In this document: positions 39,993 to 51,973 of the stretch, piece after piece
Layout of the letters: each line of letters starts with the position of its first letter
Numbering within the stretch: the first letter of the stretch is position 1
From: Rhodosorus marinus CCMP1338
Taxonomy: Eukaryota > Plantae > Rhodophyta
Length of the DNA: 64,000 nucleotides
Direction: 5' to 3'
Assembly (NCBI GenBank): GCA_029953675.1
Contig: JAMWBK010000009.1
Coordinates: 930,001 to 994,000, forward strand
Program-made: the position numbers and the translations under genes
Notes under the pieces: generated by a model
Database searches by the model: none
Told to the model about the DNA's origin: nothing
Seen by the model: the letters and a program-made list of their open reading frames with translations, nothing else

Positions 39993-41877
39993 CTAGTCCG
40001 CCTTTCCTAGCTGTAGTTTCTTTCTAATCACCCTCCCGCCATGATACACTGAAGCGTCTATCATCCCCATTACAGTAAAGATACCCCCAATAATAGCGCA
40101 TAGTTGTACGATGAATCCGAGAAACGGCTTCCTCTGAGCATTGAGATACAATCATGCTTACAAGATCAGTACTGGGTTTGGAGATGGAGAGAGCAGTTGC
40201 TTACCGTTTCAGTAACCTCCACCTTGATTGGGGACATCTCATAGAAAAAGTAGACTCCCGGAACCGTTCCGCTCTCAGTAGCTTCTCCAGGCCTAGTGGT
40301 CCGCTTAGACGCTATTAGATTTCCAGAATTCGAGCTTGCAATGATCCGCGTTCCCAATCTTCCTACCTGAAATACTCCGTGACGCTGTACTGATTTGAAG
40401 ATATGGCTTCACCAGAAGCTTTCTTATAGGTTGTTGGAACTATTTTCACAAAGTATTCATGCATCCCGAGGGGGTGGCTAGATCAGAAATAGAGTAGAAA
40501 TATCGCGGTGGTTATCAGCAGCAGATCTGAAGGAATCCTTCTCGCGGTGCTAACATACTCGTCCCTGAGGGTCTTATCCGTTTCATCAAGAGGGTTCTTC
40601 TGACCTGGGAAGCTCTGTGAAAAGTGTGACCGATGTCTTTCTATTAGAGCTGGCAGACTTTGCGCAAGCTCCTTCCATTTCCAGGAATACTCACATCTCC
40701 ATAAGACAAGCGGTTAATCCTGTGGCTCAAGTTCAATGAATTGCCCTCAAAAGCAGAGTTATCATGGAGCTGTGCCCCGTTGAAATCAAAAGTGTGGCCA
40801 GGAGAAATGTGCAAATTCCCGGCAACCTTCGCAACGTCTACTTTTCCCTTGACTAGACATCCCTGCAATGCGGAACAAAATCATCAAACCATTCTGACTA
40901 AGTAAGCCTCGTGTCTTCCACATCCAGTGGGAAAGTGGAGAGTCTCACCTCGCCGTCGACTAACTTGTTGTCCGCCACCATGCCCTCCTTCACGCACTGT
41001 TCGATTTCTGTCAAGTCTATTACCATCCACCCCCGCGCCTCATATGCTTCCTTGACCTCATCGCACGAGTTACAGCAACCAAGCTTCACAGGGTAATATC
41101 ATTCTCAGCTTGAGAGGAACACCTAACGAAGAGCGAAGGAGTCGCACGCCAACCTTACCGAAGCGCCATAGCAGCTGCCACAATAGTCCTCGTCTTCTTC
41201 CAATTTTTTCTCTTTCGACTCCCGTATGCTCTTTTTTGGCTCGACCCTGTCCTTCTTTTGGTTCACGATAGGCTCTCCACTCTGATCAGTTCTGATTTTG
41301 TACAGATCGTGACTTATTTCCAACTGAGCGTCTCCGGTCACTAGGTATGAATCACAGCGACACAGGAATCAGAGTTTGCTCTTATCAATTCAAAGCTCCA
41401 GTGCCGCTTCCATAGCCACCGGGCGAATTATCCCAGCCAGTACTTCTGTGTTGCAGAAGCTGCTAGGGTAGCTGACTGGTTACACTCCCGTACACGTCAA
41501 CCAATAGATCGGCAGGGGCAACGCCCCGAAAGCTTTATGATTCTCGTCTGTCCCTAACATTCCGACGAGCACTTATTGGAAGGGGACAACTTACTATCCA
41601 GCGCATCTATTCCTAGCAAGTTGCAGCTAATCTTTGGGAAGTGAATATCCAAATAAATGCTCATCCCTTCCTCTCGACTGTTGTCTACGACGAGCTTCGT
41701 TTCGACTCTATTGCTCAGATACATCTGGAGCTCAGACATGAACAAGCCAATCATAATTACATACCCAACAATTGACACAACTCCTCCCGATTTCGTTCGG
41801 ACCTTGAAATCATCCATCGTCTTCGCGAACGCGTCGAAGTTTCGAACCCTCTTACCAAGACTGTCAAAGAGGCCCAT
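39993..41877 (-). CDS. ERGIC3: ERGIC3/Erv46-family ER-Golgi intermediate compartment protein, multi-exon
   Basis: FDAFAKTMDDFKVRTKSGGVVSI + TM; FPKISCNLLGID; YCGSCYGA; CCNSCDEVKEAY...GW; GCLVKGKVDVAKVAGNLHISPG; PGVYFFYEMSPIKV; C-terminal TM LCAIIGGIFTV...KLQLGKAD*. Confidence 0.95.
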
Positions 41878-42752
41878 CCTGAATCCTTCTTGTAATCAGG
41901 ACTGGAATAAAAACGAAGCAAAGGAGGAAAAATAACCCTCTCCGACAGACCTTCAGCGGATCGCCAGTCAGACAGCCACGCACACCTCTCTTACCAAAGA
42001 AAGCTCGAGGGAACTAACTTGACCGGTATTTTTCGTTCAAAAAGACAAGCCAGACACAAGACCGCCAGCTCAAAACCAACCCGCTCTCTATTTCAAGCTC
42101 GTCCCGAACTCGCACAAAGAGGCTTTTGTCACGATTCGCGCAACATCCTCACTTTCTCCCCCCCATACCTTTTATGTGTCACCCTTCAAAACAGACCCAA
42201 CTCAATGGCCATATGAAAATCTGCCAAATTGCCGTAGCAGCAAAACAATAACATTGGCCATTTTCACATTTTGGCCAAGTTAATTTTAGTCCTTTTCAGG
42301 GTTTCAAAGGTCAACTTCAAGCAGTCCTAGCTTCCATGCGATTTTGGGAGGAGACCGTTTTGATAATTCCTGGGGGGTATAGGGGCCGGGCCTATTTTGA
42401 ATACTTGTTAATTCCATGATTTTTAGAATATTTGTTGTTTGGTCGTGGTCTATGGAGGGGCCTAGAAAATCTTCACTTTCATTGCTGAATGCTTTCGCAG
42501 GCAGGGGGTTAGGTTGGTGACTAAGGGGATCGTATTAGGGAACGGGATTGTGCAGAAGAGTTCGCTGTCAAGAGGAACATCAGATCGTCGCATTGTGTTC
42601 GATGGCTTGAGAGGCTCTTGTCTCATGTGATTCAGAGGTTTTCAGTACTAGTCCGCACATCCGAAGTGAGAACGGATTGGCAGACGACAACAAAAGAAAA
42701 AAAAAATTGATTTCATTTTATATAGACGTCTACCCTCTTAAGATCTACCCTC

Positions 42753-44122
42753 TTAACGGCTACTGAATAACTTCCTTCTGATGATGTTCCCAGAAAGCCC
42801 AACGAGAACGCCAATAAATATCTTGCCATGTTCTTCAAGCAACTGGGAGATTTGGTTTGGTTTTTCCTGATTTGGCGTCCGTTCGTTGATGGTCCTGTCC
42901 TCTGTTTTCAAAAGCGCCCGTCGATAGTCATCCGCGCCTGTCGGATCTGCAGACATGCACGAGAGCCCTGCCTCGCTCGGAGGTGCCTGAGAAAAGCGAG
43001 GTTTCAGAATCATGAATAGATAAGTCGGCGTGGTGGTGATGTAGCAGGTTTTCGATTGCTTACGCGCTTGAGTCGATAAAGTTCCGGAATGACACTTGAA
43101 GCTGTTGACTGCATGTCAAGCTCATCTCCTAGGTTCCCTGCGGCCTCCGTGCAGACATCGGACAGGTGCCGCACTGCTGTGGAATACATGCCAATCTGAA
43201 GATCTTTCAGAGCATCCGCAATTTGTGGAACGGTCGAGATGATGGTTTTCCGAATCTCCACTAGCTCCGCCTCATACATTGCCTGAGCATTGCAAAAGTC
43301 AGTGACCGGCCTTCAAATTTCCGTCTGATCAGTCCTCTGCGATGAGCCATGTGTGTTCAACGAACCTTTTGCTTTCTTTCAAGCTCGTTGTCAGAATTGT
43401 CGGTGTCGTTTTGATCCGCGTGATTTGACGAGTTCACACCGAGAAGAGCGGAGAAGGCAAACCTGTTTTCCAAGGGACCCGACTTGACCTTGTTGAAAGA
43501 GGCGTTCCCTTCTAGCAAGATTTGAATTCTGCGGTGCAGCAGTTTCATGGCTTCCCAAATGCGCTCATCGAACCGACTTTCAAACATGCTGCGAACAGCA
43601 TATGTGAGCTCCCTTTGAGAATTTCGAAATGCTGGGGGCACCTCATCTGAGAGATGAACGTTGGCCGTGCTGTACAATCTGTGGAAATGGTTCTGAGCCT
43701 GAGCAGAGAGCTTCAGGGACGCCTCTGTAGACGATCGATAAGCCTATGTGGAGTAGCCAGAAGTCAGCCGGGGAGTAAGACTCCGGTTCTGTCCAGCCAA
43801 AAAGATATCTCCACTAACTCATGGAAGAAGATGCTTACTTTCAAATCATCCAGCACCTTCACAATCAATCTCTCCAGCTGTTTTCCGGTAAGCTGGACTG
43901 ACTCTACTCTCCGCTCCCCATGCAACTTCACCGGTGCCAAAGACGTGCTCACAGCGTTGTTGTGCGAACCTGAAAATCTTAAAAGCCTCAGGGCATGACA
44001 CGCGTATTCGATTCAATATGCTGTTGTGGCTCACCTTCGTTTTCCTTCTTTGCCCCCACATTCAAGCTCGTCTGCTCGAAGGAATGGAGAACCTCAGACT
44101 CCCAATCCAAGCTTTCCCCCAT
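42753..44122 (-). CDS. Uncharacterised helical protein with a C-terminal hydrophobic (tail-anchor-like) segment, ~5 exons
   Basis: In-phase exon joins (MGESLDWESEV...ENEG|SHNN...DDLK|AYRSST...|...LYRLKR|APPSE...) ending KIFIGVLVGLSGNIIRRKLFSSR*. No family recognised. Confidence 0.6.
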
Positions 44123-45057
44123 CCCGAGTTCCTGACTCCCGAGAACTACTAGAACTCCTTGTTCTCAGCTGGTCACTAAGTACAGATCAAACACAATCGA
44201 TAGTTTCACCTACTCCCATCCACCAACAGACCTCAAACGTAGTCATAGAACAGACCGATCGTGCCACTCAGAAATAACTTTCAACAAACACCCCCCTCCG
44301 CCAAAAAAAAAAAATAAATCAGATCAGCTCCATTCAATACTTGAGCGCAGTCATCAAGAACTAGTACCAGGGCAACTTCTTAGCATATTCAACAGGGTAA
44401 AGCACCTACCCACCATCGAACCTACACGCCATGCAAGTCACCCATCCCATTTCTGAAATGACATCCATTTTAAAAAACAACGGCGTATTTTTTAAAAAAG
44501 GGTAACCATTTAACCAATAAACAATAAAACGCTTTTCAAGCTCGAAAAATCCGGTGAGTTCCTCCTGAATTGAATAGCGGAAGAAAGTACAGCTAGCTCG
44601 GTTTTTGATCAGTTAAGACAATGATATATACATACACGTGTCTCTATAATCGAATTATTATCTAACAAGCGTCCTTTCCCTCCAACAGAGACCTTTTGGG
44701 GTTCAAGGAAGACACAGTCTGTTGCTCCTTTGAGGAGTGTTTTGCTATTCACCAGCGCAGAGGTAGTCGGGTTTCGCCGTATGACACTTGATCTCGAGTT
44801 GACTCTCTTGCGTTTGAGCACGATCCAACATGTCTTCTGACCGTCTGTTTTATATATATATAGGTTAAGTTAGTTCACACCATGACGCCACCGATCGGTG
44901 GTACAGCGACGGTCAAGAAGCAGGCAGCTGGCGGCCAGATAAGCAGATGAGCGGATGAGCGGTCCGGCTAGAAATGTACACTGTTAATCAAAACCCTTCA
45001 AATGATTAGGATGTGCTTGGCACAAAACTGAGCAGGCCCTCGAGAATCACCTCGCAA

Positions 45058-48000
45058 CTATGCTTTGAACGACTCCGTGCTCTCTCGTGTCCCTGCGCTA
45101 CGATCTTCCGGCGAATCCGCAACATCCCCCAAAGCCGCCTCTTCAGGCGACGCCAAGCTTTCCCCAACGCGCCCAACGAGTTTTTTTCGAGCTTCCAAGG
45201 AGGACAAAATTACGTCAATGTCAAGGGTGTCAACTACGAATACTGAGCGCCCCGTTGCTCCATACACCCTGATCATGAGAACAGAAACGAGCCGTCAATA
45301 CACCACAAGTGACCACCTAACGAAGTTCCTTGTTCACCACGTACCCGACATTCAAATGGAGCAAGCACTTCCACACAGCATCTCTCATTTTCGTTGCTTG
45401 ACTGTACCTTGGCTGGTAAGTCCCATTCCCAACGTGGAATCTTATCTGCCCTTTCGGTCTCAGCTTCGTAAAAACGCACCTGCACAACAGTAATCGCGCT
45501 TCAATCAGTCTCCTGGGACCCTGGCGAAGTTCACATTGGAGTAGTTCTGCCGGAGTAGGGAGCCATACCACACGGCAGTCAAAGCGGAACAAACAGAGTA
45601 AGGAACCAGGTTGACGAATACGGTGCCATCGTCCCAAGTCTCCGCAAACTGCTTTCCTTTCCACTCCATAAACAGGTCCACAGCTTTCTCGCAATTATAA
45701 CCGTGCCTTCTCACCACACCGTCGATCAGACCAGTGTACGTCCACGGGTCAGAAACAACCCCTGCACACAATCCAGAATCGGGAACAGCGGTCAGCGATT
45801 GTTCTGCAAACTAGACGCGCTAGTCAATCAGGTATACCTCTTTTTTTCATGCTTGCGAATACGTTGAGGGCTTTCTCCAGATCGTTCAACAAAGTGTATG
45901 CCATGATAAGGTCGTTACATAGACGCGTCGTCATCGAATGACCTTTTTCCAGTAATTCACGCACAGTATTTTCGACTTTGGAACGCTGACCGAGTCTCGC
46001 ATATGAGATGATCAGCTTCCCATAGTCACGGTCTTGCAGCTCCATTCCTGCGCACACACAATCGGGAACAGCGGTCAGCAATTGTTCTACAAACCAGAAG
46101 CGCTAGGCAATCACCTACACAGACCCACAACAGAGACTATGTGGCAGAATCTTAGGTGATTTCAAACCTTTGCCTCTGACAGCCCTGGTGAGCATGTCCG
46201 CTCGATCGTATAAGCCCAAAAGTACGTAGCCCCTCACAAGCCCGCTAAGTGTGTTTTCTCTTGGTTTCAAGCCGCTCCTAAGCATCTCGAACACTACGTC
46301 CTCGGCTCTTGACATCTGCTTGCTCTTGCAATATCCCTCAATCATTATGTTAAACACGCTACCATCAGGTTTGATGTTGTCATCCAACATCATTTTGAAC
46401 ATCTGTGCCAGATATCAGATTCGGCAGCAAATTCAACAGAGAAGAAGGTCAGCCAGCAATTCTTTCCAATACCAGTCGCAGTCAGAGAGAAGAAGCATAG
46501 CGTGTAGCATATTCTAACCTCTTCCGCTTTCACCATGTCGAAGTTTTGACAGTACATCTTTATCATTGTCGAATACACAACCAAGTTGGGCAGGATTCCA
46601 ACACTCATCATATCCAGGAACAGCTTGTTCGCCTGTTGCACTCTCCCAGCCTCGCCTATGTAGACGACAAGATAGTTATTCGCAATGTTTTAGATCCGGG
46701 TAGGTTCAAAAACTGTATCGCTGACTTGTCCTGACGCGGCAATAGCCAGAAAGACATACCCTGAATCTTGATTATCATGGCGTAAGTGTAGAAATCAGGC
46801 TCGGGTCCAAATTCACGAAGTAGATCAAAGAGCTCCTGAGCTTCTGACGTGAAGCTCGCATCGCCGTAACAGAGTAGCAGTTCGTTGTACGCTCTCAGCT
46901 TAGGTTCGAATCCGAATGAACGCATTGTTTTCAGAGCTTTCCTAGCTCCATCTACATCTTGCATTCTTGAATAAGATCTCAAAACAATGTTGAATGTGTT
47001 CGCAACAACAGGCCGCCCTTCGCCAATCGTCCTCTCGTAGAGTGATATAGCCGCTCGATAGTTTCTGTGATAATGATAGGACTCGATCATAGCAGTGACC
47101 AGCCGACCCTGCCCTCTATCGTCTAAGGTGGAGAGGGAAGCATGAAACAACTCTTCCGCCTTCCGTAACTGCATACATGGAAATCATAGCGTGAAGGGCT
47201 TGTTAGAGTCGTCAGGATTCTGTGGACAGGACTCCCATATAGGAGACCCCAATATGATGCTAGCTCATCAAAGAGTGGTTGTCATAGTGCAGTTCTTACG
47301 TCTCCGCTCCGCGAAACTGCATTCAAAAGCGTCGGAGCTGTGGTACTGCTTGCCTCAAATCCTGCCGCTAGCATCATGTCGTGGATTTTGCTTACTTGAT
47401 CCATGTCTCCCATGTTCGCGTACGAATTCATTATTAGTTGGAAGGAATAGCGACTGGCAGTTCCTAGGAAATTAGCACGTGTATCATACCAGCAGGACAA
47501 CAAGAAGATTCAGCTCATGAGTCGTGGGCAACACATTAGACGCACACTACGCACCGGAGGCGCATAACTGTTCAAAAAGGACTTTCGCTTTGTCAAAATG
47601 GTGAAAAGTCAAGTAGAAGAACAACAGAGTTTCTGACATGTGATCGTCCTCATCCCGGTTCGCCGCAATACAGTAAAGTTCGAACATGTCGAGTATCCGC
47701 TTGCTAAATTCCGATCCTTGAAACTTTTTGTGCAAAGTGAGCAACCATCCGTCCCCAACCGGCACATTCCTCTCAAGCATGAGCTTAACTATGTCAAGTG
47801 TTCGCTCCGGAGTTGCATAGCTGTGAAACCGTGCGAAACGTAACCCAAAGTTCAGAAAAGAGTACGGAACGAGAGAAGCCGAAAACAGCGTCTCAATGAG
47901 CAGCTTACCGAAGCAAGAAATGGTAGTCGGTTATATCACATTTCCCGGAAACTACCAGCTGCCAGGTTTCAGCAGTCTTCCGAGCATTGCTAGCAGATCC

Positions 48001-48295
48001 TTCCGATCGTCTTCTTGTAGAAAGACGGTCTGAGTCCTGCTTATTTGTGCTCCAGTCACTACATCCCCGCCTGAAGTAGGCACGAACGATTCGCTCCTCA
48101 TGAAATAATCCTCTCACTAGCGAGCCTGTTCCCACATAGTAAAACCTGTCATCAAATCTGCATTGAGCTTTCAAACCACTTTTGCTCCAAAGACAACGCA
48201 CCAGCAGACTTCAGAAGCATCAGCTTTTGTCATAGAAAGAACTTCCTCCGATTTTATACCTACCGCCGAAGCGGTCACTACCACGAGCTAAGCAT
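45058..48295 (-). CDS. Multi-exon pentatricopeptide-repeat protein with C-terminal SMR-like domain
   Basis: Many PPR motifs (FNIVLRSYSRMQDVDGARKALKTMRSFGFEP; VYSTMIKMYCQNFDMVKAEE; VFNIMIEGYCKSKQMSRAEDVVFEMLRSGLKP). C-terminus VFVNLVPYSVCSALTAVW|RLIE...QIRFHVGNGTYQ...KMRDAVWKCLLHLNVG|VYG..GRSVFVV. 5' start inferred (MLSSC|LLVRCLWSK). Confidence 0.87.
45762..46119 (-). repeat. Two near-identical intron sequences within the PPR-SMR gene (intron A 45762-45837; 3' part of intron B 46048-46167)
   Basis: Plus-strand cores AATCGGGAACAGCGGTCAGCGATTGTTCTGCAAACTAGACGCGCTAGTCAATCA and AATCGGGAACAGCGGTCAGCAATTGTTCTACAAACCAGAAGCGCTAGGCAATCA, 49/54 identical. Confidence 0.93.
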
Positions 48296-49518
48296 CCGTT
48301 CAGTCAAGCCAACGAGAGTACCCAACAAACAATTCGCCAACTGAAAAAGACAACTACACTGCACGTCCAAAAGAAAGCAAAATAGGGAGAAAAAAGTACC
48401 AGCAACACCTAGTCTAGTGTGGATCTGATAAGCGAATCCAAGTCATAACAAATCTACACATAACCTCTCCATTCCCGTCCCTCTCCTCCCCCTCCCCCTC
48501 CCCCTCCCACCCCCGTAAATTCAAGTTATCCCCAATACTCACATCCACCATTGTAACCTCGTCCACCAACCCCAAACTCATCGATTATTCATGAATCCGA
48601 ACAACCAGCTGTGTTTACCCACCCCCACGATAACATGCAAAATTTTCTAGTTTCGCTATTTCTAGAAACTAAACGCCCAAAATATAACTATTTTGCAACT
48701 CTTTCCACATTTTCTCCCAAATTAAACCCGGATTGTATCGTATATAGATCTGAGTTCCTAACATCGCTCAAGTTCGGTTTAGTACTTTACCCCCCTTCTG
48801 CTTCCGCTCTATTGCGTTTTAGGTAAGTGAAAACGCCACTCCTAAAAGAAGACCATTTTTCGTAGAAAAAGTCTTCTCCATTGAACATATTTCTTGTTAT
48901 TATAACTTATTTTTATAGCTGTCTATTTTTGTCTTTCTTGACCATAATTAGCCCATACTCACACTGCTGGCGGTGGCTAGCGGTGACGTTCAAATTGACT
49001 GATATAGTCAATTTGTGCCCAAGGTTCGTTGGAGTACTGCAGAAGCTCCGGATGGGGGGTTGACCGCTTTGGTTTCGCCATGCCAAGTCATGCTGTTGTA
49101 GCTCCCATAGGCTTCCTATTTTATTGGGGAGGACTCCAGGTTTCTCAACCCCACCCTCGCCAAATGTGAAGAGGCGATGCCAGGCTTTTTGCTCGCGGCG
49201 CTACCTACCCGGGTCGGGAGGAGAAAGCCAGGTTTGAGCTCGGCCAAGCCACGATCTCTGCTTTTTGGAATTCGTTGAAGTTAAATCCCTCGAATAGATA
49301 AAGCTGCCCCTGGCTCGCGTTCTTGACAATCGCTGCCGCGAATGTCTTCTCACTCTCCCCGAAGCGGTTTCCGTCCGAGCTCGGCAGTGCGTTTGGAGGT
49401 TATTGCTGTCACCAGATTGTCGGGAGCTCAAAGTGCGAAGCGCATAGAAGAATTCTGTCAGAGAGGTCTAGGTCTCTAACTTTGGAGTGGGACGTGCTTG
49501 TGGGCTTGTGATATCCGG

Positions 49519-50011
49519 ATGAGGTTCTTCGGGAGGGCTATTAACCCCGGCATCTTCAACGGACTTGGCCCGGTGACTCGGAGGGCACGAAAACCAGCTG
49601 GCCTAGAATCGTCAGCCCGGAATGCTCCTGAGCAAGTGGATCAGCCGTTGCCGGGCTCAATGATTATGCTGGCTGTGCCTAAGAAAAAAAGATCTAAGAA
49701 TGTTGTGAAATGGCGCCGGTACTTGATGAGTAAGCGCCGACCTCCCTCGCGGTATTCCATCGTCTTCTCGTCCTTTCCGTTTCAGAATAGCTAGGAGAAA
49801 ACGTTCTGCATGCGGGTGTAGCCCGAGCTACTCTGTCTTCTAATACAAAAATAGAGATTCTGAGAGAGTTCCTGCTTTAAACTACCGACTTTCTTTCGCA
49901 GGGCCAGATCCGCACACGGCGCTCATGAAATGTGAGATCTGTGGGAAGTGGAAGGAATGGAGGACTCTGTGTCCTCACAAATGTCCAGGGAGAAGACGAG
50001 GAATTCCATAA
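49519..50011 (+). CDS. MRPL32: Mitochondrial ribosomal protein bL32m with cleavable presequence
   Basis: Long Arg-rich leader, then AVPKKKRSKNVVKWRRYLM|RPDPHTALMKCEICGKWKEWRTLCPHKC: the AVPK start of mature bL32 plus the CxxC...CxxxC zinc motif. Intron ~49730-49901. Confidence 0.85.
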
Positions 50012-50361
50012 TTTCTGACTAGGTGTGAAACTGTAGTGTCCATAGAAGAGAACTGGCTGTTTTCAATATAAAAAAAAAAGAAGGAACAAAGCAAGAAACG
50101 TCTATGAAAGTCAACGCACACTTGCTTTTAAGCTCAGCCGGATGAGCCTCAACCGGAGAGAACAGAATCTACTTTTCGCTAGAATTCGGCTCGGAAAGAA
50201 TAAATCCTGAAATGGCAGTCCCCCAAAGACCCACATTGCAATTCCCACGTCAGGGTGTGTGCAATGCCGCTATGCTCCACCGGAGATTGGATCACCACAC
50301 GGCAGCCGCTTTGCAAGGTCGATGCTGTCCAAGAAGTCTGTGTTCATCTTGTTTCGAAGAA

Positions 50362-51700
50362 ATGGGATTTCTGCTTCCTTTTTCGTTACCTGAGAGTCGT
50401 GGTCCATCGAAAACTCTGAAGAAGCGAAGACGACGCTGTTCTATAACCAGTTCTCAATGGAGTCCCGGAAGCGAGAACCCGGAATCTACTTCCCGCAGGG
50501 CGTTGCTAGCGGGCTTGGCGAGCCTTCCGTTTGTTACACCAGCTGGAGCTGAAGCTTTTTGCGGAGATGCAGAACCGTTTTGGGCTCATTACATCGACTG
50601 GCAGGAGGGATTAGCCCCGATCGGAGGACGTGACGTCTACCTGCGCGTGCTTGGGAATCAGAAGCAGGAGAAGCGAGTAGGCGTCTCACCGCTAATTGTT
50701 CTTGCCGACGCAGGCTTGCCATGGAACTACCTCGAGACAGTCTCGGCTCTAGCTGTGCGCAGTTCAACAACAGTTCGTCCTGCGAATAAATCCAGTGATG
50801 CAGAACCTAACCAACAGTTCTCTTGTCCATAGGAGGACAACCGCAGAGTCGTGTTCTTCGACGCCCTTGGATGCGGAAAGTCTGCCCCACTTCGGCTGGA
50901 CTCGATCGATGTAAGTGACGTCTGGGAAACGCTAGTTTTCAGGTACTTCGAAACACCTTTACGAACACCGCCACCTGACCAAAGCAAGCGTTTCGGATAA
51001 CAGGAAATCTTTTCCGCTGCGTCTGAAGAAGTACTGGCTGTTGCACAATTTTTGGAGCTGAAGACGATGCACATCTTTGGTCATGGCTTCGGAGCGGCAG
51101 TTGCTCTAGATGTGGCGAGCAAGCAGCAGTCAATACCGGTGAGGTCAGTAGTCCTTGAATCTCCGACACTGCAGGGCGGAACTGAGAAGGAGATTAGGTG
51201 AGTTCTCCGGTTCCCCAAAACCAGAGAAAAATCTAAAAGCTTGAGCTAATAGCGTACAAACTCGCGGTGGTTTCTTTTCTTGGTCTGTGCCCAGTCCTTC
51301 TCAGCTCATCGGTGAAACTAACTCGAACGTTTGCATCGGTCCCAGCATACAAGGCGCAAGGACCGACACAATGCGCAAAGTCTACACCTCCCAGGTAAGC
51401 GGTTACATGCATAGAGCTTCTAGAGCTGGTTTTTGTTATCTACTTTAGCTAATCAGTGAAAGGGGAACCACCGTTTGCTCGGTTCAGTGGAACAAGCTGT
51501 CAGAGGTGAACGAAACAGCGCAGCCAGTGCTGGTTGTATCCAAAAACTCAGGTACAAGTCCGTACCAGTTGAAAGAGTCCATTCAAGATGTACGTATCGG
51601 TACCTCACGCAGCCCACATCTGGAGCGAACTACGGAATTCAACGAAACTGTTCGAGGATTCCTGACGAAAGGAGATCCCGGAACGAAGAAGAAGAAGTAG
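50362..51700 (+). CDS. Alpha/beta hydrolase (proline iminopeptidase S33-like) with bipartite plastid/Tat lumen signal; nucleophile Ser absent
   Basis: SRRALLAGLASLPFVTPAGAEA (twin-Arg, hydrophobic core, AxA); PLIVLADAG..NYLETVSALAV|EDNRRVVFFDALGCGKS; HIFGHGFGAAVAL; C-terminal SRSPHLERTTEFNETVRGFL. Confidence 0.8.
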
Positions 51701-51973
51701 GATGGACTTTGGCAAAACGTAACTAAAGAGTGGCAAGTCTTTTTTTTATTTTTTTTTTTTCATTCTGTGCTCCGGCTGATTGAAAAGACCGTCAGATTTG
51801 GATTGATACGCTAGAGGGATTGGAACCATGGAAAAGCGATGACAAAACCGCAAATAGGGAGAGTGCGCAATCCGGGCTTTGGCTGCTTGTGCCTTCTTTT
51901 TTTTTAACGGGTCGACCGCCAACTTGGTTGAACCTTTTTTTCTATGACTTGCCGGTGAATTTTTTTGCGCAAA

